Shown piece after piece: positions 25,882 to 37,966 of a stretch of DNA of 64,000 bases. The notes beneath the pieces are model-generated. The model was not told the origin of the DNA. It did no database searches and saw nothing but the letters and a program-made list of their open reading frames with translations. How positions within the stretch are numbered: position 1 is the first letter of the stretch; every line of letters starts with the position of its first letter. Where the stretch lies: NCBI GenBank assembly GCA_038087875.1, contig CM075978.1, forward strand, positions 127,224,001 through 127,288,000, written 5' to 3'. Origin of the DNA: Malacoraja senta. Lineage: Eukaryota. A program made the position numbers and the translations under genes.

Positions 25882-26191
25882 GTTTAGTTTAGTTTGGAGA
25901 TGCAGCACGGAAACAGGCCCCTCGACCCACCGAGTCCGCGCCGACCAGCGATCCCCGCACACGAACACTATCCTACATACACTAGGGACAATTTACAATT
26001 TTACCAAGCCAATTAACCTACAAATGTGTACGTCTTTGGAGTATGTGACGAAACTGGAGCGAATGGAGAAAATACACGCAGGGTGCGGGGAGAACGCACA
26101 AACTCTGTTCAGATGGCACATATAGTCTGGATCAAACCTGGGTCTCTGGCAGTGTAAGGCAGCAACTCTACCGCTGCGCCACTGTGCCACC
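25882..26191 (-). mobile_element. V-SINE (HE1-like), near full length
   Basis: tRNA-like head at the 26191 end and a (TAAAC)n tail. Confidence 0.85.
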
Positions 26192-26389
26192 GCGTTCTAT
26201 GGCATCTGAGTCCATATACTCACCACCCTTTGTTTCCCCTCAGGTTCTTATTGAATCTTTCCTCTCTCACCACAATGATCTGGTCGTTCTACTTCCCAAA
26301 TCTAGAATAAAAGTAGCAAATGTTATAAATACTAAGCAGGAAAATCTGCATGTGGGAGCAGAAAAATAGTTAACATTTCAAGTTGATAT

Positions 26390-26843
26390 GGAACAGAACA
26401 ATACACACAGGAATAGGCCCTTCAGCCCACAATGTCTATGCCGAGCATGATGCCAAGACCATCATCTACCCGCCTCCACATAATTCAGATCCCTCCATTC
26501 CCTGCATACCTATGTGTCTATCCAAAGGCCTCTTAAACACCACTATCCTATCTGCCTCCACCACCAGCTCTGACAGCACATTCCAGGCACTCACCACTCT
26601 CTGTTAAAAACCTTACCCAGCACATCTCCTTTAAACTTTACCCCTCTCATCTTAAAGCTATGCCCTCTAATGTTTTGATATTTCTATCCTACAAAAAAAT
26701 GTTCTGTCTGTCTATCCTATTTATTGCCTCTCATAATTGTAGATACTTCTATCATGTCTCTCCTCAACCTCTGGTGTTCCAGAGAAAACAATCCAAGTCG
26801 GTCAAAACTCTCTCTGTAGCGAATATTCCAAAATCCAGGCATC
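26390..26843 (-). mobile_element. CR1/HER1 LINE 3' fragment
   Basis: MMPGF...YRESFDRLGLFSLEHQRLRRDMIEV. Confidence 0.75.
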
Positions 26844-27037
26844 ATTATGATGACAATAGACAATAGGTGCAGGAGTAGGCCATTCGGCCCATCGAGCCAG
26901 CACCGCCATTCACTGTGATCATGGCTATTCATTCACAATTAGTACCCTGTTCCTGCCTTCATCAGCAGTTCACTGATGTTCTTTGTTAAGTGTTCTGTGA
27001 TTCCGTAGTTAAGAATTAATTGTTGCAATCTCTGTAG

Positions 27038-27856
27038 GATCCAGATGTCATTAATACTTTGCTGCCGGTGGAATACGGACCTCCTGCAGAAGAAGAAGGG
27101 AATGTTCCCATGCGGCCAGATGACCCTGATGGATTGGCACCACTGTTGGTTTCTCCTGCCCAAGGGACAGAGAATGAGCACATTTCCACTGACCCTTCCC
27201 CGTCACCCCAGCGTCCCACCAGCCTCTGCCTTGGTGAGCATCGAATGAGACTCGTTCCCAACGACACAGCCGCTGTACCTGCTGGACGTCCGGCCGAGGG
27301 AGGACCTCATGTCAACAAGATATACTCACAAATGAACAGCTCCTCCGCGTTACAGCAAGGTAGGGGCTCCCAGAAAAAACCAACCAACCTCTGGAACCCC
27401 ACTTATGGGTCTTGGTTCACGGAAAAGCCTGTTGTGCAAATCAACTGCAGCACGTTGACTGACAACCGACCGCCAGACAGAGAGGACTCTGGCTTCCGGG
27501 CCAGCAGCAGCAGCGTTCCCTCTGCTCCCATCCCAGCGCCCAGGCTGCAGGCCTCCGCGGTTGTTCTAGAACCTTCTTCCCTCGTGGCCAACACGTTGGA
27601 TGTGCCTCTGTTCCGGCTGCACCAGTTCCCGTGTGGGAATGTGAGTTATGCATTCCAACAGCAGCAGAACCACCATCACCAAGGACTGTCTTCTGAATCG
27701 ACATCTGCTTGTGCTTCTTGTAAGGAAGATTACAACTCACATGTTAGCAAGGGCTTACCCATCCAGCAGGACCCACGTGTACATCCTGTTGCCAATATAC
27801 CCACATGGGACTCGGGACTCTCTCTAGCAGAGGATGTAAATGTTACTATACTGTAA
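27038..27856 (+). CDS. ALK: ALK terminal coding exon (human exon 29 equivalent; C-terminal tail)
   Basis: tag|GAT CCA GAT GTC, encoding DPDVINTLLPVEYGP...NLWNPTYGSWFTEKP...LEPSSL...VPLFRLHQFPCGNVSY...VTIL*. ALK-type tail motifs and the adjacent convergent CLIP4 favour ALK over LTK. Confidence 0.93.
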   Translation, partial: DPDVINTLLPVEYGPPAEEEGNVPMRPDDPDGLAPLLVSPAQGTENEHISTDPSPSPQRPTSLCLGEHRMRLVPNDTAAVPAGRPAEGGPHVNKIYSQMNSSSALQQGRGSQKKPTNLWNPTYGSWFTEKPVVQINCSTLTDNRPPDREDSGFRASSSSVPSAPIPAPRLQASAVVLEPSSLVANTLDVPLFRLHQFPCGNVSYAFQQQQNHHHQGLSSESTSACASCKEDYNSHVSKGLPIQQDPRVHPVANIPTWDSGLSLAEDVNVTIL

Positions 27857-27902
27857 TGGAGGTAAACGTAAAGATGGTTTTATTTCGGCAAGTGTCAGAC
27901 CT

Positions 27903-27908
27903 AATAAA
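27903..27908 (+). promoter_or_regulatory. First candidate ALK polyadenylation signal (another at 28729-28734)
   Basis: AATAAA 46 nt after the stop codon; usage unknown. Confidence 0.3.
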
Positions 27909-28993
27909 AGCAGTTGCAAGTACCATTTGGCTCACAGGACTAGCACAGGTTCTTGTTTTAAGTCCAAAATGTAATGTGAGACACAACTGAATGCAAAGTA
28001 CGCTCCAATACAACTGTCTATCTATGTCCAACTGTCTGTCTATCCCCAATACCACTAATGCATTGGAAAGTATCCAATACAGCCAATGTATTTGAAAGTA
28101 TCAAGCATACATACTGGCAAATTTGGGCCATCATTGTAAGTAAGCCATTTCAGTACCCAGTGAGTTAATTTATATATATATTTTTTTTAGTAAAGGTTCC
28201 AAATCAAGCTAAATCCGAAAGACAGAATTTGTCACTAATTTTGTTGGGTTTAATTCCTCTGCAAAAGGTAGGAACCACAACATCAAAGGAAGGGGCAGAT
28301 CGGATTTTAAGTCTATGAGGGGCATTGTGATCTCAAAATGAAGAAAATGTTTGCATTCATACCTTTCACAATCTCAACGTCTCAAAGTACTTAACAGCAA
28401 TTTCGAAGGGACAATAGACCAAAACCAACATGAAAAGGTTTTTGTGCAACATGTGTGATTTAACGCACTCAGTGTAGTGTCAGGATATCACTTCTGGTTG
28501 ATTCCTACTCTTGACCAATTTTCAGGAACAATGGACGGGATGTTTAACCTCCACAAATGACAACCTCCACAACCCTCACACTACACAAGAGTTGGAATCC
28601 AGATGGCCATTAGACCCAGGATGCTGCAACATACGGTAATAAGTATTTGTCCGGGGAGGGTGTACCTTCTCCCCTGGTGTAAGCAGTACACCGCAGCCCA
28701 CTTTGTAAGCAAGTGCATGTAAGTTAAAAATAAAAATGAATTTTATCTTCAGGGGTTTATGCCTTTTTTTCTGATTCAGACCACCAAGATAGTTCCACCA
28801 AGATAATATCTAGAACCAAGCTACAACAAATCATCAGACTGTGAATACAGGCTATCTGTGAGATTAGGATTGGAGCAATTTCCAGTACATGGAGGCTGCA
28901 GCTTTCCATCATACAACGGACCGAAAGGGATGAATGATGGCTCGGACTCTCACAAGACCAAGAAGTTGGGGATACCAAGATACTGGTCCTGTA

Positions 28994-29220
28994 GACAGAC
29001 ACAAAAGGCTGGAGTATCTCTGTGGGTCAGGCAGCAACTCTGAAGAAAAGGAATAGGTGACGTTTTGGGTCGAGACCCTTCTTCAGAAGAAGGGTCTTGA
29101 CACGAAACGTCACCTATTCTTTTGGTCCAGAGATGCTGCCTGACCCACAGAGATACTCCAGCCTTTTGTGTCTCTCTTGGGTTTAAGCCAGTTTTTGCAG
29201 TTCCTCCCTACACATACTGC
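28994..29220. mobile_element. Penelope-like pLTR fragment in inverted-plus-direct arrangement (long hairpin) with hammerhead-like motifs
   Basis: About 28997-29086 is the reverse complement of about 29084-29174; TSD-like ACT(G/A)GTCCTGTA at 28982-28993 and 29221-29232. Confidence 0.75.
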
Positions 29221-31097
29221 ACTAGTCCTGTATCTGGTCTGTTGAGATCCTGGCCTATATTCTGCACCTTTTGCTCATCGCTAGTCATTTACCCAGAGTA
29301 GGGAAATCAAGAACCAGAGGATGTAGGTTCAAGGTGAGAGGGGAAAGATTCATTAGGATACTGAGGGATAACTTTTTCACGCAAATGTTAGTGGGTGTAT
29401 GAAACAAACTGCTGGAGGAGGTGGTTGAGGCAAGTACTATCGCAATGTTTAAGAATCATTTAGACAGGTACATGGACAGGACAGGTTTAGACAGATATGG
29501 GCCAAATGCTGGCAAGTGGGTCTAGAGTAGATGGGATATGTTGGCCAGGTTAGGCCGAAAGGCCTGTTCCCATGCTATAAGACTCTAAGACACTATTATC
29601 TTAAGGCTGGAATGAAAAGACAAACACGTTTTTATTCCCACTCGTACAAACAAGCAAAAACCACTCTTATCCAGGTGCCTACTTCAGATCATATTTGATA
29701 TCTATTTACCTCTAATCCAAATTTATTTCTGAATCACAATTGCTGCATTTAAAATATTTACAATTCCTTTCAAATTCTCCAGCAAACAGCAATGTTTCAT
29801 GAAGCACTGATGGTAATGGATATTTGTTATAAACTAAAATAAAACAAAATTGCTGGAAATATTCAGCAGATCAGTCAGTTAATGTTTCAGGTTTGATGAC
29901 TATACACGGGTGAAACATTCACATGAAACATTGACCTTCTCTCCCCACAGATGCAGTCTGACCTGCTCAGTATCTCAGAATTATCTTATATATTTGCAAT
30001 GTTAAGCCTAAGTAGTTGCTATTTTATTTTTTGCTAGTAAACTAATTTTGACGTGCACTTCATTTAAATAGAATGTAACTTCTGATCCAAATTGTTATGA
30101 ATTCTCCGATCATAAACTATGGTACACAAAATGTAATCTTGTTCAAATTGATGTGTTGTTTCAGCAAGCTCACAGTCTTGGATTTGACCAGATAATAATA
30201 TTTATATTATTATTATTATGTGGAAGTGTGACTCTGCCCTATTCTCCTCTTTCCACATTCATGTACTTTTTAATTGTTTTAACTCTACAATTTTTGTTGC
30301 ATAGGCACCTTATAGTTGCTAGTGATTTAGATATTCAAACTATGTCATGTTCATAAGTTCTAGGAGAAGAATTAGGCCATTTGGCCCGTCAGGTCTACAC
30401 CACCATTCAACCATGGCTGATCTAATTTTCCCCCATTCTCCTGCCTTCTCCCCATAACCGCTGGCTCCCTTCAGAATCAAGAATCTGTTAATCCCCAACT
30501 TTATTGAATAACTTTATCATTATCTTTATTGAATAACTCTACATTTCTTTATTGAAAATCCCTTGCCTCTTAAATAGTGCCGACTCCATTTCGGTTCACT
30601 TAGATCTTGAAGATGGATGTCCTACATTACCATGCCTTGGAGGCAAGGAAATCATCCAGTGCATTTCAACTTGTATATTTTTGAGAATGTAGAGTTTCTA
30701 AGAGATTATTTTCCAGTTCTGTTCTCCAGACCCCTCTACAATGGAGGTAATGCAACTAAGGTTCATCATGAAAGGTTCATTGTCCCTGATTCCTGGGATG
30801 GTGTTTATGAGGAGAGAATATGTAAATTGTGCCTACCTTCTCAAATTTAGAAGAATGAGAGATTATCTCATTAAAATATAAAACATTCCACAGGAGTTTG
30901 ACAGGATTACTGTTGGGACAATGTTTTTCCTAGGCTGGCTTCTAGAACCGGTAGCTATGGTCTGAAAATAATAAATTGGCCATTCAGGACAGAAGTGATA
31001 AGAAATTTGTCTAGAAAATATTGAATTTACAATAAAAGATACATTTTGAACGACGTAACTGGTAGGAGGTTGAATAGCTTACTCCCATCTCCTTAAG

Positions 31098-31385
31098 AAT
31101 TTAGACCTTAAAGATACAGTGTGGAAACAGGTCCTTCGGCCCACTATGTTTGCACCGACCAGCAATCACCCCATACACCAGCACTATCCTGCACACGAGG
31201 GGCAATTTGCAATTTTGCAGAAGCAACTTAACCTAGAAATCTGCGTGTCTTTGGAATGTGGGAGGAAACCGGAGCCCCAGGATAAAACCCATCGGGAGTC
31301 ACAAGGAGAATGTACATAACACCAGCACCCATAGTCAGGATTGAACCCAAGTCTCTGGCGCTGTAAGGCAGCAACTCTACCGCTG
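31098..31385 (-). mobile_element. V-SINE (HE1-like)
   Basis: Family sequence. Confidence 0.8.
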
Positions 31386-31807
31386 ATCAAATTAATAATT
31401 TGTTTTCAAATTTCCTTTTGAGCGAGTATGGGCAGCACAATGTCATGGCAGTAAATCTGCCACCTTACAATGGGTTCAATTCTGACTACCCGGGATTTAG
31501 GTAAAATTCCCTCATGTCTCATTTGGGTTCGATTTGGGTAAAGAATTTGTAAAATGCAATGGAGAATATTACATGCCACGTGTGACTTTGAAGTACATGT
31601 CCAGAAATGTCTTGGTGCAATCCAAGCTTTGTGCTAGGTAGCACTCTACTTTTGATGAATCAATGTTTTAAAGTGTTGTGGGGTAAAATTTCCATCCATT
31701 TTTTTCTATGCATTCAGTGCAGCGTCAGCGGAAACTCCTGCACATCATTTGCTTCTAAATATTATGTTTCAGATTACTGATTAATAGGAATATTAATGAG
31801 GCATGAG

Positions 31808-32132
31808 GGCGGCACGGGGGCATAGCGATAGAGTTGCTGCTTTACAGCACCAGAGACCCAGGTTTGATCCTGACTACAGGAGCTGTCTCTACGGTGTTTG
31901 TACGTTCTACCTGTGACCACGTGGGTTTTCTCGGGGAGCTCCGGTTTCCTCCCACACTCCAAAGACGTACAGGTTTGTAGGTTAATTGGCTTCGGTAAAA
32001 TTGTAAAAAAATTGTCCTCATTGTGTAGGATAATGCTAGCATTCAGGGTAATCGCGGGTTGGCGCGAACCCGGTGGGCCGAAAGGCCTGTTTCTGTGCTG
32101 TATCTCTAAAGTCTAAAGTAAATTAAAGTCTA
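31808..32132 (+). mobile_element. V-SINE (HE1-like), full length
   Basis: GGCGGCACGGGGGCATAGCG head, CTCCGGTTTCCTCCCACACTCCAAAGACG core, (TAAAGTC)n tail. Confidence 0.87.
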
Positions 32133-34097
32133 GAGTAGGATCAGCAATGTGGCAGAGATTCTCTCCTCTATCAGTCCTCCGCTGGAGTCACCTTGTGCCA
32201 TTCACCTTCTGTCTGACGCCCACATCGTGCCCCAGCCGCACAACACTCATTCCTCCCCGCATTCAGGTCACCCACCAAACTTGCAAATCTCCAGGCTCCA
32301 ACGTGCAAGCTTGTCACTTTCCATTGCTGGGTTGCAGGTAGCAACGGGAGGTACCCTTCCCTGGCCTTCCTTGGGTTTCAACTCAAAGCTGCTGTTTCTG
32401 GAGTTCATGAAGTTAGTAGGGAAACAAAAGAAGCAGCAAAATAATCTTAAATCCACCGAGCCAGTACCTTCTTCATGAATCAACTTGAAAATTCCACCAT
32501 ATTCCTTATTGACTTTTCACAAGAAATATGCCAGTATCTTCATCATATTATACACTTTGTTTTAATCCTTTCCAGAATAATGTTTCCCAATTCTGGTTAT
32601 GATTGTTAAATCTTATCTCACTTCTTTACCATTCCTTCCTCTTGTTTAATTTGAAAGGTAGGTATTTTAGGGGATGGGGAGAAGTTTAGTGAGTGTGTGT
32701 GCCTGAATATTGATTATTACTTATTTAAGTATCATTTCCGATTACAAAGCAACATTTGCCTACGTTTACTTCACCCCAAAATAATTTATTGTGTTCAGCA
32801 CTTTGAGAAGTTTTGATGTTCCATAAAATGTGAATATCTATTTTCTTTCCCTGATAGAATACATTTCCTGTGCAAAAGTCCTGTGAGACACTTTGGGTTA
32901 GACTTGTACACTCATCTCATCTTTCCAAAAAAAAAGGTTATCATTTGATGCTCTGAACTTTCTGCTGCCTCAGAGAGATCTGATCTGTTAATAAATAGGA
33001 AGCCAGTTTTTGATAAGCCAAAAGCAACAATTCGAACTTACTGACAGAGAGAAAACAGATTGAAAGATCAATGCTCCACACTGGGTCGGGATTTACAAGC
33101 TGCAGGGAGCTACCACTTCTACCGAAGGGACTGGAATCTTAAAAAAATGTAAATGTTCATTATGTCTATTTCTACACTGTTCAAAAACTTCTTGTCAATA
33201 GTGAAGATTGCTCATTACTGCATGGTCACCAAGCCATTTTACTTCATTACTTCTTAGAACATGGTGGTGTCAATGTGCAACCTCTGCATAGGATTTATCG
33301 GTTGCAACTCCTTCCTGGTGATCAGTTGGCATTGTAAAGTTACTCTTAGGTGCATGGCCCTTTGATTGTTTTACATGGAGCATAGTTATCAGTTACAATG
33401 AATAGGTTTTGAAGTTATGTATTTTAAAAAGCTGGATGTTAAAATCAAAATAAATAAAATGTAAAAATTACATTATTGCTGTAAGATTGCCTAATACATT
33501 TGTATGAATTTATTTATCAGCTATTTCAATAGAGACATTAATTAATCTCTTTTTTATTTTAAATACGATGGCATAGGTGAAATTGTGGACAATAATTTGC
33601 CATGGGATGGTAGCACTGTAAAAATTTATTTCTCACTTTACAATGATAATGTTTTCAATCTTAAGATTAATCTCAATCTTAAACTGCTGAAAGTACATTT
33701 TTTAGACTAAATATGTGTTAATTTTAGCAAATGCACATTTGGGAATGAGAACTTTCAGCAGCAGTTATACCAATTGTTAAAACACTGCATGAATGTACCT
33801 TTATTAAGTACATTTAAACACCATTACATATTATTATTAATAAACAATTCATTTAGTTCTTAACAATTTATTTATGAATCCTTCAAACTGCTAAGGTATA
33901 TGAAGACTTACCCATAGCTATCTATGCCTATATATATGAATACATTTCTTGTCAAGCGTTGAACTATGTTAACACCCTTGCTGACCCACAGTTATTTTAA
34001 TTTGCAACAGCCTGTGAGAAGTCTACCTTCTATTCATAACCACAGGTCAGTGTAAATACATCAAGTCTTCTAACCCATCATTCTACTGTGGTTTTAA

Positions 34098-34406
34098 TTT
34101 AGTTTAGTTTAGTGTTGAGATACAGCGCGGAAACAGGCCCTTCGGCCCACCGGGTCCGCGCCGACCAGCAATCCCCGCACATTAACACTATCCTACACCC
34201 ACTAGGGACAATTTTTACATTTACCAAGCCAATTAACCTACAAACCTGTATGTCTTTGGAGTGTGCGAGGAACCGAAGATCTCGGAGAAAACCCAAGCAG
34301 GTCACGGGGAGAACGTACAAATTCCGTACAGACAGCACCAGGATCAAACCCGTGTCTCCGCCGCTGCATTCGCTGTAAGGCAGCAACTCTACCGCTGCGC
34401 CACCGT
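34098..34406 (-). mobile_element. V-SINE (HE1-like), young-looking and CpG-rich
   Basis: Family sequence with a (TAAAC)n tail. Confidence 0.87.
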
Positions 34407-36115
34407 GATCTAAAGTATTAAAGTACCCTTTGTTTTCATAAGATGGGTTGAAATATCTCATTCTTCCAGAAAATAACACTGACATCTTCCCAATGCACCG
34501 GATTACTCTTAAAATCATATATATTATGTTTCAACTATTATTTTTGATCCATCTGCTATCAAGGTTGAACATAATACACCAATTCAGAATTCAAGTATTA
34601 CCACATATGACTGCAACCAATCTTTATATCAAATAATATACAAATAACATCCAAAACTTGCAGTGAATTTCAGGGTCAGTTGAACAACATTAATCTCAAT
34701 GTTTTACTGTATGAATTGTATGGAGTCTCCTCAACCTGTATTTTACAGAGCATCCATCTATCACTGAACAATATTGACAGCATTGGTCAAGTCGAGAAAA
34801 ACTCTGTAAGTATTCAGATTGGTTTCTTTCTTAGAAACAAAGTTCAGAATGTCTATCGCCATTCGATCAAGTAATTTGATGGTTCTCAGTGAGAAATTTT
34901 AAAATGTATTTAAATATGATTATGTTGAATCCTTCTTTAAACTATTTTCAAAATTGGGAAAAAATATTTGCCTGCTTTGGCTTTGATCAAAATATAATAA
35001 GCAGTACTATATTATCAATTAATAATTACATTTTTGATAGTGCAGAAACTCTCAAATGGGTCATTAATTTAAATGATCAGAGATCTAATGTGAAATGCCA
35101 AGATGAATGAGGTGAGGTAATGTAAATCAGCCATTTTACAATCATGCTTATCTGTTATTATCGTTGATTAGTCTATTTTTTCCTAAATCTAATAATTATA
35201 GTCATTAGGCACTGAAACATGTCTTTCAGTGCAACCCATCCATCCTGACTAAGATGCCCCATCTACACTAGTCCCATTTGCCTGCATTTGGCCCATATCC
35301 CTCCAAACCTTTCCCAACCGTGTACCTGTCCAAGTGTCTCTTAAATGTTGTTATAATACCTGCCCCAACTGTCTCCGCTGGCAGCTCCTTCCATACACCC
35401 ATCACCCTCCGAGTTAAAAAAGTTCCTATTAAATCTTTCTCCGATCATTTTAAAATCAAGAAAAACTCTGCAGTAGTTTTCTCCAATTGGAGCACCATTA
35501 TTCAAATTAGAGTATCAAAGTTTATCTTTTCTGTGATCTAATCCAACCACATGAGTGTGTAGAAAGGAACTGCAGACGCTGGTTTATACTGAAGAAAGAC
35601 ATAAAGTGCTGGAGTAACTCAGCGGGTAACTCAGCATTTCTGGAGAAAAAGGATGGGTGACATTTCGGGGAACGAACCAAAAAAAAGGCCAGAACAAAGC
35701 AGGGCCAGCAACAGAAGACCAAGGAAGGGTGGAGCCCATAATGGCCCATTGTGGGCTGGTCCACCACATGAGTATGTAGCCTGCACTGGGAGAATAGACT
35801 TTCATTGGGTGGGGATAGTTGGCCTAATGCCACAGCTTGTAGCTGCTGCCTCACAGCCCCTTCAACCCAGGTTCAATTCTGACTCCTGCACTGTGGATAT
35901 GAAATTTCAAAATTTTCCCTGTGCAGTTGTAGTCTTCTCCAAGGTGGTTTGGTTTCATTCTGGTTCATTGGCTACTTATCCCTGCTGTACAGGGAACAAG
36001 TGGGGGAATGAAGTTGATGAGATTGTTCTGAGAATTGGCACAGACACAGTGGCTCAATGGCTCCTTCGATGTTGTAAGGAAATATGAGAACACTGAGAAA
36101 TCTCTGCATGAAATG

Positions 36116-36395
36116 GGGCACACAGTGGTAGAGCTGCTGCCTTACTGCACCAGAGACCTGGTTCGATCCTGACTACGGCTGCTGTCTGTACGGAGTTTGT
36201 ATGTTCTCTACGTGACTGCGTAGGTTTTCTCCTGATGCTCTGGTTTCCTCTCACATTCCAAAGACGTGCAGGTTTGTAGGTTAATTGGATTCGGTAACAT
36301 TGTACATTGTCCCTAGTGTGTAAGATAGAACTTGTGTACGTGGTGATCGCTGGTTGGTATGGACTCGGTGGGCTGTTTCTGTGCTGTATTGTAAA
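36116..36395 (+). mobile_element. V-SINE (HE1-like)
   Basis: Family sequence. Confidence 0.82.
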
Positions 36396-36626
36396 GTCCT
36401 ACGTTATGTATGCTCCTACTAAAGAATCTTACACAAATTCAAGTCGGCGTAAATAAGATCATAAAGTAAACTACTGTATTTCAACATTGGAATTTATTTG
36501 CAATTGTACAGGCAGAAGAAGTTTTATTTCCAATTCCTTTCATTTTCCCATCAAGTGAAAATAAGTTAGTCCACTCCTGGCCAGATGGTGGAGGAGTTGT
36601 CAATCAATGAGAGAACTTTCCTGGAA

Positions 36627-37008
36627 AGTTTTAGTTTAGTTTAGTTTAGTTTAATTTAGTTTAGTGTAGATACAGCACAGAAACAGGTCCTTCGGCCCAC
36701 CGAGTCCGCACTGACCAGTAATCCCCGCACACTAACATTATCTTACACACACTAGGGGCAATTTACAATTTTACCAAAGACAATTAACCTACAAACCTGT
36801 GTAGGAAAGAACTGCAGATGCTGGTTTAAATCGAAGGTAGACACAAAATGCTGGAGTAACTCAAGAAGGGTCTCGAACCTTCAAACCTGTACGTGTGGGA
36901 GGAAACCGGAGCACCCAGGGAAAACCCACGTAGGTCAAGGGGAGAACATACAAACTCCATACAGATAGCACCCATAGTCAGGATCGAACCCAAGTCTCTG
37001 GCGATGTA
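36627..37008 (-). mobile_element. V-SINE interrupted by a Penelope-like pLTR fragment (about 36801-36881)
   Basis: CAAACCTGT duplicated on both sides of the insert. Confidence 0.75.
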
Positions 37009-37009
37009 G

Positions 37010-37508
37010 TCAGTCTGCCTGGAGCTATCTGATCTCCCCGTTGATAAACACTTTAATTCCCCTTCCCATTCCCACATTGACGTTTCTATCCTCAGCCTCC
37101 TCCATTGTCAGAGTGAGGATAAACGCAAATTGGAGGAACAGCATCTCATATTTTGCATGGACAGCTTACAACCGTGGTAAGAATAATGATTTCTCTAACT
37201 TCAATTAACCCCTGCATTCCCACTCTCTCCATCCCTCCCCCACCCAATTCGCACCAGCATCTCGTTCTCACCCAACAAACAGCTAGCAATGGATTGTTTC
37301 CTTTATCAGTTACTTATTTGCGTATCTTTCATTCATTGCTCTATATCTCACTATATCTCTCGTTTCCCTTTCCCGTGATTTTCAGTCTGAAGAAAGGTCT
37401 CAACCCGAAAAGACACCCATTCCTTCTCTCCAGAGATGCTGCCTGAGTTATTCCAGCTTTTTGTGTCTATCTCAGGTTTAAACCAGCATCTGCAGTTCCT
37501 TCCTACAA
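37010..37508 (+). mobile_element. Penelope-like element 3' part (GIY-YIG C-terminus plus pLTR with hammerhead-like motif)
   Basis: PVDKHFNSPSHSHIDVSILSLLHCQSEDKRKLEEQHLIF, followed by CTGAAGA...CCCGAAA from 37387. Confidence 0.75.
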
Positions 37509-37645
37509 ATCTAATTAGGCTATATATTATTTGTGGAAAACATGGATGTTATCCAGGTTTTGCTGTATCTGGGCACAAATTATTTCATAATCTGGGGAGT
37601 TGCTAAAAAAAATGAACACGTGAAAATATCAGGAAGCTTACCCAC

Positions 37646-37966
37646 TTAGTTTAGTTTAGTTTAGTTTTGTTTAGAGATACAGCATGGACACAGGCCATTT
37701 GGCCCACCAAGTCTATGCCGACCATCGATCACACCAGTTCTGTGTTATCCCATTTTCGCATCCACTCCCTACACACTAGGGGAAATTTAACCTAAAAACC
37801 CGAACATCTTTGGGATGTGGGAGGAAAGTAGAGCACCCAGAGGAAATTCCCACAGTCTCAGGGAGATCATGCAAACTCTGCACAGACAGCACCTGAGGTC
37901 AGGATCGAACCGGGGTCTCTGGCACTGCAAGGCAGCAGCTCTACCAGCTGCATCACTGTGTTGCCC
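37646..37966 (-). mobile_element. V-SINE (HE1-like)
   Basis: Family sequence. Confidence 0.8.

Noticed and set aside
31808-31880. tRNA gene (A/B boxes, repeated at many loci)
   Set aside because: These are tRNA-derived SINE heads continuing into the V-domain and LINE tail; no complete cloverleaf.
32149-32478. 109-aa ORF in non-repeat intergenic DNA
   Set aside because: GTG start, no recognisable domain and no convincing exon structure.
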